From NCBI GenBank assembly GCA_023920165.1, contig CP089276.1, positions 2,666,001 to 2,730,000 of the forward strand: a DNA stretch of 64,000 nt, in the 5' to 3' direction. The position numbers were made by a program, and so were the translations under genes. This stretch comes from Curvularia clavata. Lineage: Eukaryota. The notes beneath the pieces were generated by a model. That model was not told the origin of the DNA and did no database searches. It saw nothing but the letters and a program-made list of their open reading frames with translations. Shown here piece after piece: positions 38,122-51,299 of the stretch; the first letter of the stretch is position 1; each line of letters opens with the position of its first letter.

Positions 38122-39863
38122 AGCTACGATGTTGGAGTTACCAAACGAAGGAACTGGTGGATAAGTTGAGAGAGAGATGGATTGGATAGGTCAGCTGAGA
38201 GCTACAAGAGCTGTGGTACCTTGCGTCAGCTCCATGTTGGGGGAGAGCTTTCCCCGCATCTTGGCAAGGAACGGCCCATGCACCCCATAAAACCAAATGC
38301 TGCCTACTTCCTGACAGACCTTCAAGGCACTATATCTATAAACAAATGTGGCAGTTATATCAGTGGCTTTTAGATATCACTGTGTATCCAAATCAAATGC
38401 AATGCATTGCTGTAGTTGAGTTGTGGTTGAGTTGTACGGCTGTGAGTTTCTGGGGTGGGCCCATGCTTCGACGTCTGTTCCTATCGATTGCCCGCCGATC
38501 TCCACTTTCCTCTAGACATTTCTTCTGGATGCTGTTATGCATGCGGGTTTATTTGTTGAATCCACATTTGCAATTTACCGAGGACATAGCCTATTCACAC
38601 CGCACCTTGCCATGCTTTTGACACATTGTTGTCTCGATGCTATCTAGTCATCTCACTCAGCGTGTCTCCAACAGACGCCGCAGTAACGCCACTACACTAT
38701 CCCAACCGGGCTTGGTCTGATTTGTCTTCAATGTTTATTTTCGACTTTTCTTCTCCACCAATAGCTACACACGTTGTACCAAGCATTCTTTTTGCTCTTG
38801 ACTGCAGTTGTTTCCTATGCCAAAGAGCATGCCACGTAGTAATAGGCCGTGTTCGTACAAGAGAATCCAGTACTCCTGCATCACATGCACTAGATGATGG
38901 TGGTTCTGTAGCCGTCGTCTAGGGGGAAGATGATGGTTGACCTTGACGGGCCGAAACGCTGCTTGCATATGAATTTTAAATATTAGCTGATTCGCTGCAC
39001 CGAGAGAGTTTGAAGCTGCGTAAGTGTGGTTTCTTGGCAAACCAAGGTCTCGTCAATGGATGTGTCATGCGGCAGCGTGCTTAGTTCTGTTGTGCTCCCA
39101 TATTTTGCGAAGGTAGCGACGAACTTCATGCGCACGTGACCTTGTTCACACACACGCACACATCCATTTGCATCCCAGGCGATCTGCGTGAATTCTGTAT
39201 GACTGCACCACATACACCCGATATTGCGCTCCAAGCCCTAGCACAGAAGAGACTCCCCCTCAGTGGAAAACAGGCCACAAAGCATTGTTGTACATAGTGT
39301 CCGAAAGCACTCCCTACTCTCGGCACTGTGGTACAGAGCTTCGTGATGGTTTCGCATAGTATGGCTCCAAATAATTAACAATGGAAGAGCAACTCTCTTT
39401 CTCTCTCGGCAGGCTGATCTGCGGTGAGGCATTGGACTCTACGCCTGTTGGCGTTAGCACGATCGAGGCTTTGAGTATTTTCTGGTACGTGCCCTGCGCG
39501 CTAGCCGACGATTTGGAAATATCACTGATGTCATTTCTACACACTTGTGAACGATGAAACCGCGGTTTGTACCACAGTCATGACGGGATCTGGCTGCGCA
39601 GGTAGCCTGCGAGGTGGCTTTTGATGATGTGCTTGATTTGGGGTGGCTGGATTCCAAGAGGAAAAGAAACATGCAGTGCTGGGAGTTGTACGTCAGTGGA
39701 GGCAGATCCTGGGTACATAGATGATTGCGTTTGCTCGTCATTGTGTCTGTTCAGAATGCATAGTGCTTTTGCTCGTAGCAACCGATTTCTTGAGAAAGCT
39801 TGTCGCATTTCCCACTGAAGAACATCCCACTCAAGCCTCCGTGTCCGAAGTTACGCAGTCAGT

Positions 39864-40815
39864 ATGCCTTCAAAGACTGACGACAAGTATACGGATCCCG
39901 AGCTCCGCGAGCAAGTCAAGGAGGAGATTCAGGCAGGTGACAAGGGAGGCGCGCCTGGTCAATGGTCGGCGAGGAAGGTACGCTGCAACATGGGCGAGTA
40001 CTACGTCTTTGGCTGACCACGTGCGATCATAGGCACAGATGATGGCATCGGAATACAAGAAACGAGGAGGAGGCTACACAACGGACAAGAAAGACGACAA
40101 GGCCGAGCACTTGGACAAGTGGACAAAAGAAGAGTGGCAAACCAAGGATGGAAACGGCAAGGCCAAAGACGAAGATGGTACCGAGCACCGGTATTTGCCT
40201 AAGAAAGCATGGGAGGAGATGGACGAGGAAGAAAAGGAAGCGACAGATGAGAAGAAGCAGCAAGGAAGCAAAGCGGGTCAACAGCACGTTGCGAACACGG
40301 CAAAGGCAGCGCAGGCCAGGAAAGACGCCAGCAAGCACGACGAGAAGGGGAGTCAGGGGTATACCAAGATTGAGCGTAAGAGCGTCACAGACTGCACGAC
40401 GCACTGGGACGATCCAGAATACATGGAAGACAATGCACGGGAATTTAAGAAGTTTCAGGAAGACCAGCGCAGGTCCAAGGGTACCTCGCAGGAGGATCAC
40501 GGCGGGAAGAAGCGTGGGCGGGGAGCGAACGCAGCATGCCCGAATAAGAAAGCAAAGAGTGGTGGTGGGGGAAAGCAAGGGGAGCCAACAGGGGCAGCCG
40601 GGGACAAGACTCGGGTGCCGCAGAAGGGCCAACAGGTGCAGTGGCATGCGCTTCCTGGCTATGTCGATGGCCAAGTGGTCGAGGTTGTGTACGAGGAGAA
40701 GGAGGTCGAGGGCCACAAAGTCAAGGGGAGCAAGGAAGACCCACGGCTTGTGCTCAGGAGCGACGCGTCGGGCAAGATATGTGTACATAAGCCGGAAGCT
40801 GTGTACTTTGACTAG
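39864..40815 (+). CDS. Hydrophilic protein with N-terminal DUF5872-like domain and C-terminal Hva1/DUF2945 Tudor-like domain
   Basis: Exon 1 'KYTDPELREQVKEEIQAGDKGGAPGQWSARK', intron about 39978-40032, then 'AQMMASEYKKRGGGY...LDKWTKEEWQT...RYLPKKAW'; C-terminal 'VQWH...GQVVEV...KGSKEDPR...GKICVHKPEA'. Confidence 0.75.
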
Positions 40816-42726
40816 AGTGGAGCTGAGGGGGGGTGATAAGAGCGGTGGGAAGGGCGGACGAGGTGGTGTAGCATTGAATCAAGAGCGTGTCCAATGGCAC
40901 TGTGGTTGTGTGTTCGCGGTGTGCATGGCGTTGAGCAGGTGGTGATTGTCGCTAGCGTGGCGCTAGTGCTGTGGTGGTGGGGGACATTACGTGCTTGCAA
41001 GCGAGACAGCGGACAAGCGGACTTTACTTTAGTGTTTTGGGCTCGAGAAAGCGCCTAGCGCTGCGAGAGAGGGAGGGAGAATAGAGCTCTAGGCTGACGT
41101 CGAATAGGAATGGCACGGGAGCGGAGATATGTTCGGTCCAGCATGTGCAGATAGAGCAGACAAAGCGCCAGTGGCCGCGGACAACAACAGAGGTTGCTAG
41201 GTGCTGACGTAGTGGGGCCTGGGCCGCATGGATGCAGACGGGGAAGAGGGCAGGGAGGATGCGGCGGCGCGATGATTGGCCGGATAGGGGCGATGTGCAC
41301 GTCGGGGATGGCATGGCGTATATGGTGTATCCAAGGCGACGCTGCAAGGTCCTGGTGCTGGCGAGGGGCTGCTTGTTGTCGACGCAGCGGCGGTGCCCCG
41401 TGTGACAAGTTGGGGGAGCAGGGCCACGGCCACGGCCACGACGGTGCTCGGCTGATGATGGCGTGAATACGGATGCAGACGCACGACAGTGATAGGCAGA
41501 CGAAGCCGACGCGCCGTTTGGACCGATGGCAGTGCCCGCGGGTGGTGGTGGTGATGTTTTTTTTTGGGAGCCGGACCCTGTTGGGTCTTGGGTTGGAGGG
41601 GCCCTGGCCTCGAGATGGTCTTGTGCGTGCTATAAGCTGACCAAGCGGCATGGCCGTGGTGGCCGTCGCAGCAGCAACAATATGTAATAGCAACCGCAAC
41701 GGCGCCAGGGAACAGGCATGCACTTGACCAGACCAGACGGTGGCTGAAGGGTGCGTCCATGAGGCCCTGAGGCGGTCAGTGACAGGCGCAATGGCGGCAG
41801 CGTGGCTTGACTATCAACAGAGGATTAGCAGTGGCCAGCGGCGCCCCCGTTGCCCAGGCAGGGCCATATATACACAACATGGTAGCAATCTACGGCGCAG
41901 CGTGCCGGGAGCGAGGGCGTCGAGGGTTGACGTCTCTGCCGTTATTCTGGCGGCCGGGATCATGGCCGGCGGCGGCAGCGCAGCAGGCGAGCCGTGCGCG
42001 CACAGGGTCAGCAGCATCATATGCACCCGCTGCACTGCACTGCTTAGGCTCCGCCCTGGCCTGCCCTGGCACTGCACGGCTGTTTTCCGTGTGACTTCCT
42101 CAAGACGCGTGTGGCCTGGCGACTTTTGCCAACGCCATAGCCGTCAACCTCCCCTCACTGCTCCCGCCAGTCTGCAGCCTGCAGCCCTCCCTCTGCCCGT
42201 CTCTTCGCCTCCCTCTCCATCTCGACGCCGCTGCGCCTGCTCCCTCTCCCGTCAACACTCTCCTGGCGCCGTTCCACGCTCGTGCTGCCCGGCTGATACC
42301 TCCACCCGCTGCCCCTCTCCACCCAAACATCAACCACTCCAATCACGCCCCAAAAAATAATCCTCTGCTCGACCACCACCACCCCAAACACCACCACCGC
42401 TCACGGCCACCGGCCCTTTGGCCCCCATTGCACCCTCCAATCGCCCTTCTGGCACCCCAATGCTCCTTCTCTAGACTCGACTTTGTTGCCGGCAGCACCG
42501 CACCGCACCCTACTGCACCACAACCGCCAGGCTTCCCGCTCTACAACTCCCCCACGCCCGTTTCCGGACCCCCTCGTAACCCATCATGGTCTTGGGACGA
42601 CTCTGCTCATAGCAAATCACCAATCAGCCCTCGGGCACTCGCCCAAACCTCTTCCTTCCCGGCGACGGGCCTACCAAGCAGAGCCGCACCCAGTGCACTC
42701 GTAACCCCCCAGCATCAGCAGCAATC

Positions 42727-45700
42727 ATGGCTGACGAGAAGAAACCTGCTACCCTAGCACCTCCCGCCGTCACTGCTCTCAAGCAGGGAGCGGCGGGCTC
42801 GCCTGGACATCGACAGAACATGGAGAGGACCGTTAGTCAGGACATGCGCAACGAGCGTGCAGATCTCAAGGAAGCCGCCGAGCACAGTCTCAACATCATC
42901 ATGGACTTGGATCTCGAGGGCAAGATTCGTTATGTTAGTCCCTCGTGGGCCGACGTCATCGGAACCCTACCCAACCAAGTCATGGGTAAGCCCGTCCTCG
43001 ACCTGATATGCAGCGGTGGCGACGGCTTTGCTGAGGCAATCGAGTCTGTCCGCAAGGATGACTCGAGGAGCCACATTGCCCGCTTTACCGTCCAGTTGGG
43101 CCCCCATTCCATCTTGCGGCAGCGACGAGCAAAACCAACCGTCGCCGAGGGCCAAGAATCCATACCTCGCTCACCAACCAACGTGCCCGAAGAGGAACAG
43201 GAAGAGCAGTTCCTCAATGTAGAAGCCCAGGGCATCATGGTCTACGACCGCACAACCGGAGCCGAAAGCCACGTACGTATCCGCACGCGACCCACACTTG
43301 CACCCGACTAACCATTGCAGACCATGTGGATGGTGCGACCCTCGGTCATTCGTGAAGTCACCATTGATCTTCCAGAGGTCCTCGTTGAAGCTCTCGGTGT
43401 GGGAGCAGAAGTCCTGGCCCACTACCTGACGGGTCTCGCCGAGCAAAGTGCTACTGACCCTGGAAACTACGCACCTCCGCTTCCCGTACTGTGTCGCATC
43501 TGTGAGCGGCAAATCACTCCTTGGTGGTTCGAGAAGCACTCTGAGTTATGTCTCCAGGAGCACCGCGCTGAGATGGATGTCCAAATGGCCCAGGAGACCC
43601 TTGCCGAACACCGCAATGCCATTGTCAAGGTCTTGGATACTCTCGAGTGCCATAGCCAGCGTTCAAGAGCGGCTTCAAATGACTCTGTGCAACCCCTTCA
43701 ACCCGCAGAATACAAAGGTCTCATCATTCACTCGACATCTTCGCCCTCTTCAGGTAGCCCCTCAAGTACTCCGTCTGGGCGCAACTCGCCGGCATCACCA
43801 CCCTCACGGTCTCGCGAACGTGCTGAGCGACCATCAGGCTTTGGCCATCATCGTGCGCGATCATTTGCTGTCCGAAGGCCGCTAGCTCGCATTGTAGAGC
43901 TGGTCTTGGATTTGTGTGATACTGCTCTTGAAATTAATACCCCAGCCGTCAAGGACAACGCCCGTGGTCAATCAGTCGCCGAGTTTCGCACCCAATCACC
44001 ACAATCAGAGAACCGCATATCCCAGGTTCTCCAATGGCAATCGCCCACTACTGGCTCAGCTGACCACACAGAAGGCCTAAAACTGCTGTGCGAGGATACA
44101 AGCAGGCTCGCAAAGGCAAAGGTCGATGCAGTCACACGCCACAGACGCGTTCTCGAGTACTCTGAACGTCTACGCATCGAATTTGACATCCTGGTTCAGG
44201 AGTGTATTGAAGCCGCCATTTTGAAAGCTGCCCGCATCGCTGCAGGCGAAGACAGCTCGTCCGAGGATGAGCCACCAGAAGAAGTGCAGTCTGATGCCAA
44301 TGACACCGACACAGCTACCGACATTGCCCCTGGCGAAGAAGGCATATTCCCTTGCTCTTATGATGCTCCCTCTTCAATGGTGCATGCGCTTCGCAACACG
44401 TCAGATGCTTCGTTGCCAGCTCGTGTTGGACGACGTGAGTCTTCTGTGGCTGGCTCTAACAGATCCAGCAGCCCGAGAGGAGGCTGTCAGACACCTAGGT
44501 CACACGCTGGTGCCATTAGCATAGCAACCCACAACAAGCGCCAATCCATGCATTTCGAAAGCGACACTGGTGCTGAGAGTGACACAAGCATGCGTTCCTC
44601 GGTTCTCTCTGGTCCTCGTCGAGCAGACTCGCCTGCGACATCCGACGTTGGCTTGGGCAGGGTAGCCAGCTCACGAGAGCGCAAACGCAAGAGTTTGATC
44701 CTTCCTAGTGTCATGTCTAGTCGGCAACAGTCGCCCGCTCGCTCCATGGTGCCGCCGCCATCTTCCCCGCTGCGGACAACCAAGCCCCGTCTTCCCAGTG
44801 GTGTCGAAGGTATCCATTCGCCCATCACCTCACCTGTGTTGCAGACAACTGAGTTCTCGTCGCCGGCGATGATGCACGCGATACATCACCACCGCAGACA
44901 GTCATCCACTGCTGGCTCCGACGGCCCGAGACCAATCTCCCCTCGTCTTATCGCTACCACCCAACCGCAACCGCGGGCCGTTCCTCCATCCATTAAGGAT
45001 TTTGAAATTATCAAGCCCATCAGCAAGGGCGCTTTCGGCAGTGTATATTTGGCTAAGAAAAAGTCCACGGGCGAGTATTATGCCATCAAAGTGTTGAAAA
45101 AAGCAGACATGGTCGCAAAGAACCAGGTCACCAACGTCAAAGCTGAGCGCGCCATTATGATGTGGCAAGGCGAGAGCGACTTCGTCGCCAAGTTGTACTG
45201 GACCTTTTCGAGCAAAGACTATCTTTACCTGGTCATGGAATATTTGAACGGCGGTGACTGTGCTTCGCTGATCAAGGTTCTTGGAGCTCTGCCTGAAGAT
45301 TGGGCGAAAAAGTATCTGGCAGAGGTTGTTCTAGGAGTCGAGCATTTGCACAGCCGCGGCATCGTTCACCGCGACCTCAAACCCGACAATCTTCTTATTG
45401 ATGGTAAAGGCCATTTGAAGCTGACTGACTTTGGTTTGTCGCGTATGGGTATGATTGGTCGTCAGAAGCGTGCCCTCAAGTCGGCAGAACCTGCACCGGA
45501 TCTGCTAAAAACAGGTCCTTTCCATCGCGCGACGTCCGTGGGCTCTTCACGATCTGCCTCGTTCGATCTCAATCACTCGCCTTCGCAAACACCCGCCATG
45601 ACACCTGCCCTGACCGGCGATATCGGCCAGCCATCATACTTCAGTCTGAACCGTGAGACGTCACAGCCCAATCGTGAACGCTCGAGGCGACCCTCAGGGA

Positions 45701-48624
45701 CGCGGAGCGATAGTCAAGATAGTGACGCACTGCAAGCAATGTTTCGTCGTTTCTCGATTGCTGATGACTCGTTTAATCAAGCTCGCGGACGATCGCCCAT
45801 AGAAGAGGAGGCGCTTAGCGATGATGGTTCCCCAGATCCATACTCTGCACCCATTTCAATGAGCCAGTCCGCTGTTGCTCAAAACAGTGTTCTTCCTGCA
45901 TCGTCTACAATGCCACCTCCGCCGATGACGTTGTTCGACCCTGAAGATAGCGACAGGCGATTCGTTGGTACTCCTGACTATCTAGCTCCAGAGACAATTG
46001 CGGGTAATGGTCAAGACGAAGTCAGCGATTGGTGGTCTCTAGGGTGCATTTTGTTTGAATCGCTCTATGGATACCCGCCTTTCCATGCCGACACGCCAGA
46101 CGAGGTTTTCCAGAATATTCTTGCACGAAAAATCGACTGGCCGGAGGACGATGATGAGGTCTATGACATCTCGGACGAGGCAAAAGACCTCATGAATCGT
46201 CTCATGTGCTCCGATCCTGCCCAGCGACTAGGTGCAAATAAGGATGAAAAGTTCGCCAGTGGTGGTGAGGAGATCAGGAATCATCCATGGTTTGCCGACA
46301 TCAACTGGGATACTTTGCGAGATGATGAAGCCTCGTTCATTCCCGCCCCTGAAAATCCAGAAGACACAGAGTACTTTGACTCTAGAGGAGCTGCCATGGC
46401 CAACTTCAATCCTGAATTTGAGGATCAAGCGACTACGCCAGCGGGCACGCCCAGCACTGATTATCCTGACCGCCCTCATGATGCACTATCTAGAGTGCGA
46501 TCTCAAGTGACAGTGTCAACTATGAAACGTGGGCTAATCCCACTGCATATCCCAGCGCATGTGCGCGAGGGTAGGTCGCGGCGGCTTAGTGAGCCTATGG
46601 CTGCGGATGACTTTGGTAACTTCAGCTACAAGAATTTACCGGTCCTAGAGAAAGCGAACAAGGACGTGATTCAAAAGCTGCGCGCGGAAGCCATGCTTCC
46701 ACAGAACAAGTCATCACCTCCGCTCCAATCACCCAGCGTCACGTCACCATCGCCGTCCCTGGAGAACAGCCCAATGTTGCCTGGCTCCCTCAAGCGCACA
46801 TTGTCTACTAACAGACCTACGGGAAGACCTTCGTCTCCCTCGGTTAGCGGGCCGCATTCTTCTCCTAGTCGTGGTTCACAACCTTCCTCTCCGTTGCTTG
46901 TTCAGTTTAGTACTGGACAACACCATGACCGACGAAAGACGTCTAGTAGCTCATCTACACTGTCACACTCGACCAGTAACCCGTCGTCGCTACAGCCAGG
47001 CAACTCCTTCGATGCTTCACGTATATCAGGCCTGCGACCATCGCCAGAAGGCGTGTCGCCTATCAGGCTCCCCAAGACCCCTTCGGCAGCGACTGGAACT
47101 TCTCAGGACAAAGCCGCAGCTGGACAGCGCCAGACCTCTGCAGGACCGGCAGCCGCTGACTCACCCCGTGCCCGATCACAGACAATGGGGTCTCAAGAAG
47201 AGGATACTGTACGCGATCTATTGCCAGGACACTACAAGCGACGAAGCCAGGTTCTTGATGTGTCACCATCTTCATCAGATACTGAAGATTCTCGTGCTAA
47301 GGCGCTCCTCCGTGTGCAACGACGCAGGCAAAGCTCTCGGAGACTTTCTCAGATCAGTTTTGGTGACGGTCCTTTCTTCAGGCCACTGGACGTCTTGATC
47401 TGTGAAGACCATCCAGTGTCTCGATTGGTCATGGAAAAGCTGCTGGAGAAGCTACGTTGCCGTACTTTGACCGTTACCAACGGGTCTGAAGCGATTCGCT
47501 ATGCCATGGGTGAGGTCAAATTTGATGTCATCATGATGGAGTTCCGGCTACCCCAAGTCAATGGTGCAGACGTTGCCCGGATGATTCGAGACACTAAGAA
47601 CGCAAACACCCACACACCTATTGTTGCCGTTACTGGTTACCTCAAGGAGCTTCAGGCACCCCATTACTTCGACGCTCTCATTGAGAAGCCGCCTACGGTC
47701 GCCAAGCTCACTGACACGCTGAGCAGACTATGTCAATGGAAAGCACCCCCGCCAGGATGGACGCCAAGTCAGTCTTACCCATCCATCATGCCTTCTGGGC
47801 TTCGGCAAGAGTCTTCCCGTCAAGAGGATAGCCCCTCGTCGCATTCGTCAGGCTTTCCCGCGGTGCCATCCGCCAGCTATCGAGGATCTAGCCGCGAAGA
47901 CTCCATTAGCTCTAGTTTCTTCGGAGACAATGATAGTCGTGCAGGCGAGGACATACCTGTCAGGATCCACAACGCAGACGATTGGCGGGAAAGAGATATG
48001 GCGCGAGCAATGGGTGGTCTAACAATTGGGGATGAGGCCGCTAATGCAGATCCCAAGATTGCTTCATCCAATCGTGTCGGCCCACCTGACTTACCCCACG
48101 GGGGCTCCGCACAAGCTCCTCTCGAGGAGGCAACGATCCGCCGTCAGCGATCGACAGAGCAAGTAGGTGCCAAACGCCGCATATTGGAGACGCGGAAGCA
48201 TGAGTCGGCAGAGTCTGGTGATGACGAAGACGACGAATTGGGCCATGCTCCTATCCGAAGGAGTCCAAAGACACGACCAAAGTCAACCTCGAAGCTTGGA
48301 ATCGAGATGATGCGTACCAACAGCAGAGGCAGCGTCATCTCTGTAGAAGACCCCAGTCAGCCAGACTCGACGCTCCCTTCATCTCCACCTCCCATGATCA
48401 CAGAGGATCGGGCAGCCGAAGAGTATGAGGGCAGCCTTCCCGCTCCTGGGATCGCACCTCCTACTTTACTGACGCCGCCCGTCATTTTCCCCGAGCAGCC
48501 GGGCGATGACGTCGAGGAGTTTGTCATGGAAACCCCAAAAGCGCACAAGGAAGAAACTAGTCCTGATCCAGACCCGACGCCCAAAGCGAAGAATGCGACG
48601 ACACCCAAAACAAGCAATGCATAG
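42727..48624 (+). CDS. RIM15: Rim15/Cek1 PAS-kinase with C-terminal receiver domain
   Basis: PAS exon, intron 43273-43320, C2HC finger 'CRICERQ...HSELC', kinase ISKGAFG/HRDLKPDN/DFG with long insert before FVGTPDY, REC 'VLICEDHPV'. Confidence 0.93.
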
Positions 48625-49699
48625 ACAGTCTCGTATCAGTCGCTTTGCAACTTGCTTTGGATAAGAATGGGCCCATTTTGAGTTTTTCACAGCTTTCGAT
48701 ATGTATTTGGCAACAGCGTGGTGTTGGTGGTGTTTCTCAAATTGGTAGTGTACCGGGAAACAACCATTGTGTTTTGTTTTTTTGCGGAAGTTCTTTTCGC
48801 ATTGCCCTTGTTCTTTGTCCTTGGATCTTTGCCTTTTTTTTCAACTCGCTGAACATCTCCTTTTTTTTCCGACAGCAGCAAGAGTACCGCTGCTACTCGC
48901 TTTTGTTGACGCGCGTTTTTGTAGCGGCCAAAAGCTTATGTGTGTGTGTGTGTGTTTTTCGGTTTTCTTGGACTACCAAGCACTTAAAAACGCGCTTTGT
49001 GTGTCTTATCTACATGTCTATCTAGTCGAGCTATTTTCCATCGATTGATGATGTAACATTTGGGAGGGGCATGGGCAGGTACGACAATGTCTATTTGAAG
49101 GGGTGTTTGGAAGGGGGAAGGCAGGGAGTGTTGGGGATTTGGCCATCATATAACGGTTTTTTTTGTATATACCCACGTTCCACAACGAAGTGCTCGTTGG
49201 GGGTATATACCCAGAGAGAAACATCCTGCCATTCGCTTTTTGATTGGTTTCTAATTACCTTTTGTTTGGCTGTGAACGCTAGCTTGCCTGTCTGCTAATT
49301 AGCATAGATGAAGATGATATGTGATTTTATATATCAAAGTACCCATCCACAATCTCACTAAAATCTGTTAGAATGTCGGTTAGATAGTAGCACAGCACGA
49401 GGTAGGTCAGAGCAAACCATGTGTAAACAACCGCATGCTTACGAGAAGAATCGCTAGCGAGCCTCCCTAGTGACTACTTAGTATTCATAGCTCTAGTTAC
49501 TCCCTTGCCTACTAAAAGAGGTAGAGCTGGGGTGAATTAATTAGGCTGGATCGGCCCAATCTGGACTAGATCCCGACATTTATATAGATTTTTTTTAGGT
49601 GATTCTATCGAGTATATCCTTGTGTTCAATCCTCTAAGATTCTTAGATATGCAACCAATCTATATACACAAACTAGTTAACCCTTAGAGTACATTACGT

Positions 49700-50210
49700 A
49701 TTACTTGTCTTCACTATCTAGCATCTCTATTTCATCTGTAGTGATTAGTTGTTGCTTTTTTTTAAATAAAGGTGGTGCATCCTGCAATAGCTTGTTCTTA
49801 TTTTACCTTGGCTTAGCTGAAGTTGTTGCTTCTGCGGCTTCGCAAAGGCCGCGACACTTTCTCCTCTGGGGAACCTCATTTAGCGAGGGTTGCAGATTCC
49901 AGATTTGATTGGCTAGTTCCAGTACACGAGGATGTCAATCATGGAGGGATGAATATCAGGCCCTAATATATATTGAATCATAGCTTCTACACTTATTACC
50001 TGTCGAACACGTAGGTACGGGGCTGTGTGTTTGAAAACTGTGTGTACTCTGTCTTTATAGTATCTAGTACTATCTTCATCTATGCGTAGTGCATAGCTAT
50101 TCCTTCTTCTTGTTGAGATGGTGCATCCCTGTTTCTGTTACAGTAGCCTGTTGCCCTGGCCCAGCTGAAATCATTGCTTCTACAACCCTGCAACGGCTCC
50201 GATGTTACAC
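49700..50210. repeat. Degenerate direct duplication (about 160-170 bp units) with strong transition bias, RIP-like relic
   Basis: Manual alignment of 49806-49858 with 50154-50206: 35/53 identical, 16 of 18 mismatches are transitions; AT/TpA-rich surroundings. Confidence 0.6.
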
Positions 50211-51299
50211 TCTCATGCACTTGCAGCTTCCGCTTTGCGCATGTAGACCAGTGCTCTTGCTATCTGATTGGTCATTTTCGGTCTACAGAGACGGACGTCA
50301 GAAAAAGAGGTGATTTTATGCAAGAATAAGCACTGGTCAAATACAATAACGTAGGTATGCACATGCGCTTCTGAAGATTCGTTACAATATATACAAATAG
50401 TCTCCCTTCAACTCTCAATAGTAAGTTCACAGCATGTTAGCGCGGGGATAGGACTAATAAGTTACTGTTACTTCGCGCTCTTTCGATACCTATCTCCCAA
50501 AGGCAATTAATCTTGTCATTGTAGAAGGCCCATTTTGGTAGGCTTTTTCTACCTTTTTGTACATAGCATGAGCTATTCTAGCCTCTCAGTAATTTAAATA
50601 CTTATCAGTCTAACATAGTTTTGAGTTCTTACTCAACAAATAACTATGGCCGATACAGTTGATCCAACATATCCCCTTCCTATTTTCTGTTCAGACATCT
50701 ATTTTCCCTCACCCTCGTTCAAAAGCAAAAGACGCAACATGATGAAAATATGCAGTGTTGCCATTGTCAAATATCACTATCTAGGGCGCAAACTAATATT
50801 GCCTCCGGAATCTCAATTATTGCTAGTCAATCATTCGACTTGATTCGTTTTTCCCCCCTTGAAGATGTAAGAAATCCTCAGTGCATGCACACACGCGCAA
50901 AAACAGACCAGCAAGAAAGCCATGTTCCCAGTTCATGAAACCTCGAACAGTTTGTCTCTCTATGCTATGTAAGAAAATATCCAGTGGTATGTGTAGCAAT
51001 CCAACCGCGTTCTACTCCCCCTTGCTGCCAGAAAAAAAAAGAAAATACCAATTTTTGAATTCTCACTCTGCTGCAGTCTCACCTCAATCTTATGATGGGC
51101 TCACTGGGATGCCGTATAGCTGGGCGACAATGCTATTACAGAAAGAAATAAAAGAAGAAAATGGTAGTGCAAAGATATGCCAAACGCCCGCTAAGAAGAG
51201 GCAAAAATTGTTGATGTGATAGAAACCGAAAAGAAATGAACGGATACTGTGATATCCCCGAAATAGATAGAAAAAGATCAACCGACACCAGGTGATCGT

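Noticed and set aside
38200..39800. Many short ORFs between AMS1 and the DUF5872-like gene
   Set aside because: No coherent spliced model or motif found.
41024..42400. ORFs of 187-222 aa on both strands
   Set aside because: Low-complexity products expected from high GC content.
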